A DNA stretch of 64,000 nucleotides from Stylophora pistillata (taxonomy: Eukaryota): NCBI RefSeq assembly GCF_002571385.2, contig NW_019217861.1, positions 199,766 to 263,765 on the forward strand, given 5' to 3'. The notes under the pieces were generated by a model. It worked only from the letters and a program-made list of their open reading frames with translations. It made no database searches and was not told the origin of the DNA. Numbering within the stretch: position 1 is the stretch's first letter; every line of letters begins with the position of its first letter. Both the position numbers and the translations under genes were made by a program. Positions 24,501 to 35,500 of the stretch are shown here, in pieces.

Positions 24501-27500
24501 AAGTGGAGTGCTCTGTTGGTTGTCACGTGCGGTTACGTCACTTCCTTTAGACATCAGAACAGCGCAAGTTTCTCTAGGACACAAAATTGGTGGACGGTGC
24601 TGATAATTCACTAAATAGATTCCTAGAAAATGAGGAGATAAGGGAAGGGAAATCCATCTGGTTTTGTATTGACATCTTTGGCGATAAAAAGGAAAGGCTT
24701 TGTACATTTTGCCAAAAGTTTAGGAATTAGAGAATTTCCAAAAATGCTTTAGAAGCGGATCAGCCGCTAATTGGACTCGACTGTGAAGAGGCGTTGGGTT
24801 GTGGATAGCTGAAGACCTTGTGGGTGCAGTACAGTTAAGTAATTACTCCGAAACACTGAAAATTCTCGGGAAGTGTACAATTCCGGAATTCTGATAAGCC
24901 GCACTTCTATGAAAAGAAATAAACAGTCAAAAATACAAAGAAGCAAAAACACAAACAAAAAACTTACAAGTGCTTGTTATAAGCCGCGAGATGGAGTGGA
25001 CTCCTTCCGTCCTTATCTCTGTCGTTTCCGTAAATAAAAAGCGCCTGACAACTCAGTAGAGATTCAACACATTCCAGTGAGCCATTTTCTGCTGCAACAT
25101 GAAGTGGTATTCTTTCGTTTTTATCCCGTTGTCTCAACCAAAAGTCGTCTCGAAGAACGATGTCAAGAATCTGTGGAAGACAAACAAAAGAAAGTTAATT
25201 TTTAAATTGGTAACAGACAATTCGCATTAGCACGTACTAAAATAGTAGATATCGTCAAAGACGCACCTGATTGGCTTATCAAACTTCAAATTTCCGCTGC
25301 TCTTCACCTTCGAGCGACGCACATGCGCACGGGATTTGCGATTTTTCAGTGTCTGGTAGCTCACGTTGGATACTAGCCACCTCCGATTATCTTACGAAGT
25401 GATTCTTTGTCCATTTAGTACATGCGTCGAAGTGGAAAATGGGGAGGGGTTGGGCATTGAGAGAAAATTTGAAGAAAGAGAGAGAACTGAGAGAACCAGC
25501 TCGAATAAAAACAGAGAGATTCAAACAAATTGCTCCGTCACTAAGAAGCTGGTACATGTTTACGTATGCTAATAAACAGCCGTAGGGTAATCAGTCCAAC
25601 TATACTTTGTATTTCACGCCTTCTCTCATGACGTAGCTAAGAAGGGTTGAAACTTCCGAGAAACTTCCCCACGTTATTGCTGATGTCCAAATCGGATATT
25701 GGATTCAGCGGGCTGTTTCATGAGTCAGGTTACTCGATCTCATTAACTATACAATCATGACCACCGATTCTCTCCTCACAGACTGGAAATGAACAAGAAA
25801 ACTCCAACTCACCTCTTTTTGCTTGACAGAAGCCGCAACATGCACGAAAGTTTGTAGCTCGTTATTCCTCAGCTTCATCAGATTTTCTATTCCTTCAGTG
25901 ACCAGCAGCATTTTGACAATCTCTACGCGTTTGTGTTTCACGCCTAAATGAAGGCAACTGTTGTGCTCGGAATCGACTGCCATAATGTCTGTTCCTTGTT
26001 TGAGCAGCAGCTCTGCTGTTTCTCTAGATCCATGAACAACAGCACCCAGAAATGGAGTCATATCCATCATATCTTTATCCTCCTTATCGGCTCTATTATC
26101 CAACAAGATTTTGACTATATTCACCTGATTGAATATAGCAGCCCTTGCAAGAAACCAAAAAAAATCCAAAAATGATTACCTTGAGAAATTATTACTGGCG
26201 AATCGATCGAAATGTGCATTTAAAATTTTTGCCAACAACCCAGCCATTTTATTTAGTTCGACCACTGTGACAGTATCTTCGGGTTTTGAAAGGATGTATT
26301 ATGCTGTCGCACTTCCACGTACCTGCAAAATTGCTATTCAGTGAAAAATGTCTACAAAAAAGAGCCGCCCCATCAACCAGATAGCAGTGTATCCGCTAGA
26401 TAGCGTTATCTAAACCAAAGATCCTCTGTTGCTTACAACATCGAAGACGAAGGTGTCAGTTTTGCTGTAGAATATTAAGGTTACGGATCACCTTTTAACT
26501 TCAAGACTTGTCACGTGTTATTACCTATGAAGGGGCGTCTGCAAATGTCCATCTTTGCGAAAAATGTCAGCGCCACAAGAAATTAACAGCTTTGTTATTT
26601 CCTCGTGGCCATACATTGCAGTGAGATGGAGAGGAGTGCTGAAATTCACTCCGGTTATTGCTTCATAATCCGCTCCATAACGTAGCAACAATGCGGCGAC
26701 TCCAGAACATCCCTTTCGACAACATATGTGCAAAGCTGTATTGTCCTCGACATCTTTAGCATCCAAAAAGTCTTTCAAAGACGGACATTTATTCTTGGCT
26801 ACAAAAGAAAGCAATATTTTTCAAAATGATGGGGGACAATTCATGTAGATGATTCATATTCCATCTGACGATGGCGTCTGTATTCTTATTGATTACACAT
26901 GGAACTGAAACATCATCTCACTTGTGTAAGGTAAAGTTGCATTGCGATTTTTCGTTTTGTTTTGTTTTGTTTTTTTCCTCGAGTTTCATGACGAAAGTAT
27001 TACGGATTGACTCATTTTGATAGGGCACCTGTAGTCTAATGACCTCTGTCATCAACAAAATGTGATATAGATGTACCTGTGGAGATGAGAAGTTCACAGA
27101 CACCTGTGTTTGCGTTGAAAGCCACAAAATGAAGTGCAGTCGAAAGGTTACCAGTTTTTGCAAATAAATCAGCACCATGTTTCAAGAGCATTTCACAAAG
27201 CGAACGGTCACCACCACCACTCGCCCCATGGAAAGGCGTAAATTCTGCCGAGTTAGGACGGTTTACTTCAGTCCTGGAATCCTTCAGGAGTAGGGCTGCT
27301 ATTTCATTGTACCCTCGCCGAGCAGCGAAAAGGAGTGGCGTCTCGTTTTCCTCGTCAGGTATTGAAGGGTCTGCGCCTTTTTGAAGTAAGATTTTTACAA
27401 CCTCTGTGCTATTATTTCTAGAAAATAAATTGAGATATACATTTCTGTGGTCTACGAGGTGAAATGCAATGTTAAAGACAGAATTTCAAGTAAACGGGCG

Positions 27501-29113
27501 CTATCATGAATGGTACATATTAGAAGTAGATTAATGAAGATTTGGAAGGAGCTAAGAGACTACTAACTAGGTTACTGAGATAAGTGGAAAAAACAATTTT
27601 TTTGGCCCAGAACACGTGGGAGCCTTTTCTTTTCTGAGGCTTCTGAAAGAAAATGGGACGCCTGCAATAGTTATCCAGAAGAGCGGTTTAATTCAGAGTG
27701 AACGGCGCTTAAACTTTCCAAAAATAACTTCGGATCAGCCAAGATCTGAGAAATAGAAGTTATCTTCCTTAGACATATCAAACGTTCTTGAAACATTTGG
27801 AAGGCTTTGGCGACAAGTCACCTTCCAACAAACAATCGAGATACATTCAACAACATGCATCATAAACAAGCTCATAACCTTCTGAGAAGTTATATTAGAA
27901 AGTTTCATTTTCAAAGGGATGCATTGGAAGACAAATAAAATTAACCTTTTATGCTAATTAAAACAAGGGCACGTGACAGCTTTGACGCTCGAGAAAACAA
28001 CCGTGCCTGGTTGCCATGTAGAGTGCTGATTTTGTTACTTGAAACAATACGGCCTGGGTTCCAAGATATCCATGATATAGTTGAAAAGACTGAATAATGT
28101 ATAATGTCAACTTTAGGAAATGAAGAGTATGGCTACTAAATGCGTAGTGTTAAGACGAGAGACTTATCTACCAGGTGTATAGACCACTTTCATAAATGGC
28201 TGCCGGACTAATAATCTTTTGTTTAAATTTAAATTAGCCCTACTGGCCTCGTTCTCCAGTACAAAATTCAAAGGAAGACATTATCTCAAGCGAGGCCAGT
28301 AGGGCTAATTTAAATTTAAACAAAAAAATATTTATACGGCAGCCAATTATGAAAGTGGTCTATTTGTTCAAGACTTCAAAAGAGCTCATGGAGTATGTAA
28401 CTAGTGGTTCATTCAACCAGTATTTAGTCAACTTACACGATTCTCTAAGGGTTAAGACCCTTTATTTTACTATTGTTTCAGATCTGCATCCATCATTTTG
28501 ATTTGAATTCTTCACTCCACAGGACACTAAAAACCGAGAAATACATGTTTGCATTCTGGCCTCTACAGTCGCCTTTCAACCACGAAGAAAGGCCAACCAT
28601 AGCTTGGATTTCGGTTTATAAAAAGGGAGAAGGAAAATAATGATCAGGGTTCTATTAAAGTCAAAAATACTTTTGCAGGTAACAATCGGAGTCCTTTGCT
28701 AATAATAGTCAGATCATACCTGACGGCGATATTGAGAGCAGTGAGCCCGTAATTTCCTAGTGCGTCGATTTCGACCCCCTTATCCAACAGCCAGATAACC
28801 TCATCAACTTTGTTGCATCGTGAAGCATGGTGAAGCAAAGTAAAACCCTCTTTGTCCTTGGCAGTCAGTAATTCCTTGTCTACAGCTCCAAAGTCTGCCT
28901 CCTTTAAGTTAACAGCATCGAAAATACTGGCGCCTTTACCACGAGACAGCATCTTTAGGGCTCCGTGACAAAGTCGCTCCCCTTTCGAATTCTCGTTTGG
29001 CAAAAGTATTCTGTCTAGTTCCAAGGAGTGATCAGGGTCCTTCATGGTGTTACTTAGGGGTGAAACCGTATTTCTACTAGATGTACTTTGTTTCAAATGG
29101 ACTGCTGGACTTC
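20013..29113 (-). CDS. TRPA1: TRPA1-like ankyrin-repeat cation channel, paralog B (about 1075-1100 aa; likely start MKDPDH at 29045)
   Basis: Exons 28720-29113, 27077-27417, 26525-26798, 25813-26143, 24968-25170, 24238-24573, 22865-23684, 21762-21971, 20757-20932, 20013-20229. GT-AG, phases consistent, no internal stops seen. Pore MMLGEVDY; LMNLL|VGLAVGDI. Confidence 0.9.
20627..20727 (-). repeat. Diverged tandem copy of the 3' half of gene B exon 9, with its splice donor
   Basis: Translates as DSIRYRYPP*MSRLTYKEYLELKLNQYTKVK then AG|gtatgc, versus the real exon DSIRKRYPTWILRLTYKDYLDFKLNQNTTIK then AG|gtatat. Confidence 0.85.
21175..21595 (-). mobile_element. tRNA-derived SINE in intron 8 of gene B
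   Basis: Head tggttagctcaattggtagagc (A box) ... aggttcaagccc (B box). The body gtaggccccgtctcctgca is shared with the copy at about 53290. Short-repeat tail. Confidence 0.85.
28179..28363. mobile_element. Hairpin MITE in intron 1 of gene B
   Basis: TIR atagaccactttcataa / ttatgaaagtggtctat. Internal inverted arms tttgtttaaatttaaattagccctactggcctcg / cgaggccagtagggctaatttaaatttaaacaaa. Confidence 0.85.
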
Positions 29114-29606
29114 CTAAAATTAAGAGAAGCAATGTTGGAGAGACACAGTCAAAAGAGAAACAAAAATAATTGATGCAGTCGAATTCGCTATTCTTAAATT
29201 CCTTGTTGATTAATCTTGACTAAAATCAAGTCAGTTTTAAATCACCCTCAATTTATCAAGTTTGGAACGACACTTCAGCTCCTCACCGACATGAAAATCA
29301 CTTTGGGTTCAAATCCGCTTTGAAAACCCTCCTGCTGGTCGGAAAATTATAATCATGACCAACAAGGACTCTATTCTCCTGGAGGGACATGATACAAATC
29401 TTAAGCCAGCTCAATATCAAAGGACATGAGTCGTTCAGTTTATAGCTTGTTCTCTTCTGGTGGCTTGAAAAAAAAAAGTGATGAAAGTGATGCCATTTTC
29501 GATGCAATGATATACGGGAGTTTTTCAATAATGAGCCCAGCAACCAAGCCTTATTGGTTTTAGATACAATGAATATATGAAGTTCATATATTTTGAATTG
29601 CGGTAT

Positions 29607-29812
29607 TAAATACGTATGATGCACGATCCTTCGTAGTAGATAGCGCTATTTATGCAATAGCGAAAATCAGACCTGAAAAAAATCAGGCCTGTACAGGATT
29701 CGAACCACTGACCTGTACAATCCCGTACAGGCCTGATTTTTTTCAGGTCTGATTTTCGCTATTGCATAAATAGCGCTATCTACTACGAAGGATCGTGCAT
29801 CATACGTATTTA
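29607..29812. repeat. Near-perfect 94-bp inverted repeat (fold-back element) with a tRNA B-box-like centre
   Basis: Arms 29607-29700 and 29719-29812 differ by one mismatch, with an 18-nt loop. ggattcgaacc is the reverse complement of GGTTCGAATCC. Confidence 0.9.
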
Positions 29813-31150
29813 TTGGTTTTATCATGACAAATTACACGAGTGCTCTTCTGATCGAGTATTGCTTTGGGTAATTAAATAAATGTTCAAAAAGATAATAAAA
29901 ACTCATTAAAACTGAGATCTCAGCCCGTTTATAAAGTTCAGTAGGAAAATTTCAGCTCAGTCACCCACATGTACATGCAGAAAGTGTGACCAAGCAGTCG
30001 AAGCTATGTTGGTCCTACAGGTACGAGAATACTTTGAGGCTCTCACAAAATACGAAATTTCGGCAACCTGGAGGCTGGCTAGCTCACATTGTTATAAGAA
30101 CGAATATAAATTTTACAGATGAATAGGAAGAGTGGTAAGGCAAGGTCGCAAACGTTAAGCCAGCCTGCGGGCTAGTAAATTGCATGAAGAGGCATTACAA
30201 AGAAATGGGTCCTGAATAGGATACCACTTAACTGAAATAAGCGTGTGGTGGAGATGGGGAGGGGGGGGGGGGATAGGCGACACATGTGTCACGTAATCAG
30301 AGTTAGAGAAATAAAAGACAGGTACTTCATAATCTGTGGAAGCGGTTTCGATATCTAATATAGTTACAAACTGATAATTGACAGAAAGTAATAAGTAGAG
30401 TTGCTACCTTTTCCATCTGAGAATCTCACATAATCTTGTTCTGTTAGTTTTATATCCTCCGCCATATTTGACGGACGAGTGCACACACGGGTAACTGATT
30501 ATTAACGGCAGGAGTCTGACAAAGGAAGCAACATATCCTACGAAACAACGATCAAATTTTGTGATGGAATCGAACAGTGCGTAAATTAAGGTTCTTTGTA
30601 GCTGAGTGCTTTACACAGTTAAAAACTGTACAGATTGTTTTAACACGGCACGATAACTTACAAACATAATTACTCAAAAGTTTACAAGAACTATTGACAA
30701 TCACGGTGACAGGTACAAAATTTGGTAAGATTTCTGCACAGCCTCATACTTCATAATGTTTACAGTTCTTGGGTAAAAACAAAACACTGGCGAAATTAGT
30801 CAATTGCCTTTTGAGGCCGACCACGGCTTTGTTTAGAAAAGTGTGGAAATTTCTCCCAAAATTTAAGAACGCACTGTGTCACTATGGAAGCTATGAGGGA
30901 ACGAAAAATCTGATGTTTGCGACGGTTGTCTTAAAACTTTGTGGGCAACAAAAATTATTATAATTTCTTACACGTAAAATTACCAACAGTGACATTTCAA
31001 TATTCTCCTGAAGAAACGAACATCAATCGGCTCAGCGTCGGCAACTAATACACTTAATTTCGGCCGATCGGCAATCAAAAAGTGACTTAAATCTATGCCA
31101 CATAATGAGAAAACTGTTACTTCCATTTCAATCAACAAAATTGGACTTAC

Positions 31151-31483
31151 TTGAGGATATTTTACTCGACAAGATTTCATAATTATTTCGCTAACCTCAA
31201 TCGATTGTAGAGCTATCATCTTGTTCTTCGATTTTGGCGCACGATGCCGCTGTATTCAATCGAACGTTTGATTAAAAAATCAACGCCTCTTCTTTTTAAA
31301 TATTGTGACGAAAATTTCTCTGCAGTTACTACGTTTTGGTTTTCATGTAAAAATTTGTTACCTTGAGAGGTTTCCAAACTTGATCGTTGTGTGACATTCA
31401 CTTGGCAGACTAACATGCGAATGATCGATTGTCGCTTGGAAACAGGAAACAACACAAACAAAGCTCAATACACAATCTTTTGT
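31151..31483. promoter_or_regulatory. Candidate compact bidirectional promoter and 5'-UTR exons for genes B and C
   Basis: Outward-facing GTAAGT donors (minus strand 31145-31150, plus strand 31484-31489). Unpaired acceptor-like sites precede the first coding exons of B (29114-29115) and C (32429-32430). Inference only. Confidence 0.3.
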
Positions 31484-31639
31484 GTAAGTAACTGACTGCA
31501 TTGAGTTATCAGTGCAAAAGTTCACCAATTTTTTTCGAAATCCGTACTATTCTGAAACAAGTCCTTCACCGCCTTCAAATTCTAGCAAGAACAGGACAAA
31601 ACAACTTTATTTAAATCATCAAGCGACGCAACTAATTGC

Positions 31640-31806
31640 TAGCCCTTAGATTAGCATCCAATTTCTCCTTTCAGCATAATCCCTCAATCAAACAAAACGT
31701 CACGAAAATCGAGGAAACTGATCACCACCTAAAAAAAGCTCTTAGCTTGATTGTTAAACAAATTCTCCTTAATTGTCAAAACGTTAGGAAATGTATAGAG
31801 AACAGG
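31640..31806. mobile_element. Degenerate interspersed repeat (MITE-like remnant)
   Basis: aatttctcct..gatcaccac..gattgttaaacaaattctcctt..taggaaatgtatagagaacag resembles a repeat family recalled from coral genomes. Its termini are eroded. Confidence 0.4.
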
Positions 31807-32500
31807 TAACTGTTCTGAAAAAAAACAATTAGACTCGTGTTGACGCATAATTTTGGCAGTGTACATGCTTCCTTGCCAAATAAAGCCAACCGCCACCTGG
31901 CCAGCCACAGTTTCTTCTCTCGAGGTCTTCGACATATTTTTTCATTGAATACTTGCTAATCCGTTGTGACATTTTTTTCTATGTCTGTCCGGATTGGCCA
32001 TTTCATTAGTTGTTTACGAAGCTTTCTAACAATCTGAAACGGATTGTTCCATGAAAATATTAAGGCGGTCAGGAACAAGAATCCTACCCTTACGTTTTGT
32101 ACGGAAGATGGCAGAGGTGCTTCTAGTTTTCATTCATGAAAAGGCGATCGTGACCTAATGCCCAAAGCAAACAATAGTGACAGCAATTCTTCTGACGTCA
32201 CGGGGGTACTTGTTGTTTGAGTATGCAAATAAATCAATGTCCAAGGCTTTGTGATAACTGGTTGTCAGAGCTTTTAAGTAAACTTTGAATTCTGCTCCAT
32301 ATTGTTTAAATCGTCAGCTAAAAACATGCAAATGAGTTACCAGCTGCTTCAAAACATCACGTATGACATTATGAAATCGAAAATCTGAGCCTTTTTATCT
32401 GTACGGATATTCAATCGCTTTTCTTGACAGTCCAGTCGCTTAAACTTGTCAGCTGATCTACCGATTGCTTCTTGGCAGCATTTCCCCGCCCTGACCAACG

Positions 32501-35500
32501 ATGAGTCGCGTTGATTTTATGCCTTCTCCTGTTTTGAGTCCTTCCAATGTCAACGCCGAAACGCCGAATGGACAAACTTTTGAGATGCAACCGTTGCCAC
32601 ACGGAGAAAATAATTTGTTCGAAGCTGCGGCTAACGGGCGCGTGGCTGAAATTAAAGCCTACTTTTCATCTTCTGAAAGCAAAGCGGACATTTTGGATAA
32701 TGATGGCCGAGGTGCTCTTCACCACGCAGCGAGAATGAACCGCGTTGAGGTGATTGAATTTATGCTGAAAGCAGGCGCCAATGTTGATGTTCTCGACAGA
32801 GAAGGACTAACTCCTCTTCACGTTGCAGCCAGGTAATTATGAACAAGATTATATACTATATCATCTCGTGTGACACTAAGTGAAGACCGTGATGACCAGG
32901 AAGATCTGTAACCATCTTTGACGTATCTTGCATCAGAACAGATATACACTTTTTAAGTACGGAGAAAGCTTTTTAGTTTGAGAATTTCATTTGTACTCAG
33001 GGTGTTTTCGTATTACAAAATACTAATGTTTGCTTTCAGATAAACACGACACTGTAATCCTTTCGATTGCTGGTGCAAATGTATCCCCAAGTAACCGAAG
33101 AAATCGTATCGAGACAATTCATAATTTCGCACGCTGTTATTTCGTTGTGTAAATGTTTTTACCGGTATCAGAGGCTGAGTAATTTCGCCTCGAACTATGT
33201 TTTTACTTGCAGACGAAGATTATTGCATAAATTATTCATCGAACAGGATTCGAAACAAAAGAAACTTTCGATAAAATCGTTGATATTTGTTTTTGATGGT
33301 TGGGTGGCCTTTGACAAATAGAACATTAAACTGCTGATATCAATTCGACAATTCGGCATGGGACCTGTAGGGATGGCCAATATCACCTATTACGGGTAAT
33401 CGAACCACCCTTTTCGCTCTGGAAGCGGTCAACGGCTCTCAATACGTGTCATGTTACTTCAGCTCTAACTCCTGCGAGGTTTCTTGTTCACCTCACTGAA
33501 TCACGTCCTTGAAAACATTAGCTTAAATCCTCTTTAGAACGAAGTGGCTTGTTACTCATACACGTCTGTTTCAAGATCAGGGACGATCAATCGATGGTGT
33601 TTTAATTGTGCTCACCGAAACAAATCCAGCTTTCTCGGGGGAATTCTAACGCCTTTTTGTTTGTTTCTCTCTTCGTTTGTTTGTTTGTTTGCTTGATTTT
33701 ATGGTTGTCTGCCACAGCTGAATATAAAACAAATTTCTCTCAGGTCAAATTCCCTTGAAGCCCTGGACTCTTTGCTGAGGAATGGAGCGAAACTGAACGC
33801 CGTAAGCACATCAAGAGGCTGCACTCCTCTTCACATTGCTACAGAATTCGGCAACAGACAGATTGTCCAGCGCCTGCTAAACGAAAAGAACCTGGAGATT
33901 GATACCAAAAATGGAGAAGAAGTCACTGCGTTACACATCGCCATCAGTCGTGGATATGGCGGTTTATGTACAGATCTTCTCCACAGCGGTGCAAGAGTTA
34001 ATATATCTACTAAAGAGAGTAACACGTGCCTCCATTTGGCAGCAAGTGCTGCCAACACAGATATTTTTTCTGCGGTTATTCAAGCAGGTATGTCAGAAAG
34101 CCCCTTTCATTCAGTTGATGAAATTATTAGTTAGATGCCTGGCTAATTTTTCAAAAAGACGATTTGCGCCTGCAAGTTAACTTCAAGGGAGGAAAATCCT
34201 CTGTTTTAAACTCACATTTTAAAAAGGGGCGATTTTTACAGTGCTCTAGGACACTAACTAAAAGTTGGCAGTTCTTTAGAAGCAAATTATAACAGAGTAT
34301 CAAATAATATAGTGACAAGAAGGAAACTCCAATTCCTCATCTGGAGGACTATCTTGGAGTCAACGATTTTGTCCTATAAATTGATTCTCACTATCAGCGT
34401 CTCCAGAAGCGGAGTAGAAGGGTAAAAACTTAATGACTGAGCGAGTATGATAAGCATTTAATATTATGAAAACCCAGCTGTTTTAAGAATTTCTCTTTAA
34501 ATCATACTTCAGCTATGGCAGACATTACAAATTACCCAGGTTATGCTATGCAGTCTACCATAGATGTACCGGAATTTGGCCGGTTTGTCAATCAAACAAA
34601 CGGAGACAAGAACACAGCGCTTCATATAGCTGTCCAAACAGGTCACTTTTCCATTTGTAACACCCTCTTGCAGCACGGGGCAGATCTCAACATGCAGAAC
34701 AGATGCTATAAGACTCCTTTGCATTTGGCTTCTATCAGAAAAAAGAAAGAGATTATGGAATCACTCATCCAGCGAGGAGCGCAATTAAACATAAAGGATA
34801 TGAAGCAGAGAACACCTTTACACAGGTGGGTTGCAAGCTCCTGGTGTAAGATAGATAATTTAAGCCTATCTTGGAAAGACCATAGGAAAATTTAGCCGAG
34901 AACTTCAAACAAGATTTCCACCCTATTCGCGAGGGGAGGAGGCCACGGCAAAGCTCAGTAGTGCGGGAAGTAAAAAGACTTTTTTTTGTTCGAATAATAA
35001 TCTGCCTTGCTAAAGATTACCATTAACAAGAGTTCAAGACCATCTGAGTAGATGAAACAGCTTGACGTGAAAACGGTTTTGGCAAAGAGAAAACATGATA
35101 TCGGTAAAGTTCTCTTTATTTTAATGAAAAAAAGAACACTTTTCATACGAAACTGTCCATCAAACTCTCTCTAGTGCGGCGTCGTTCGGAAATGAAGACG
35201 GCATCGATCTTCTACTCAAGAGCTTAGCATTCAGAGATCCGAAAGATCAAGATGGAATGACACCCTTTCTTTGCGCTGTAGCTGCTGGTCATACCAGATG
35301 TGCCGAGTTGCTCCTCGAGAATGGTGCAAATATCTCAGTTCGTGACAGTTACCAGCGATGCTGTTTTCACTTTGCTATAGAAAACGACAAGGAAGTGGTC
35401 TTAGCGACGTTGCTGCAAAGACCAGAGTGTGAACTCATAAATGCTCCTGATATTCAAGAAAGGACTCCATTGCATTGTGCTGCTTTATCGTCTAATATAA

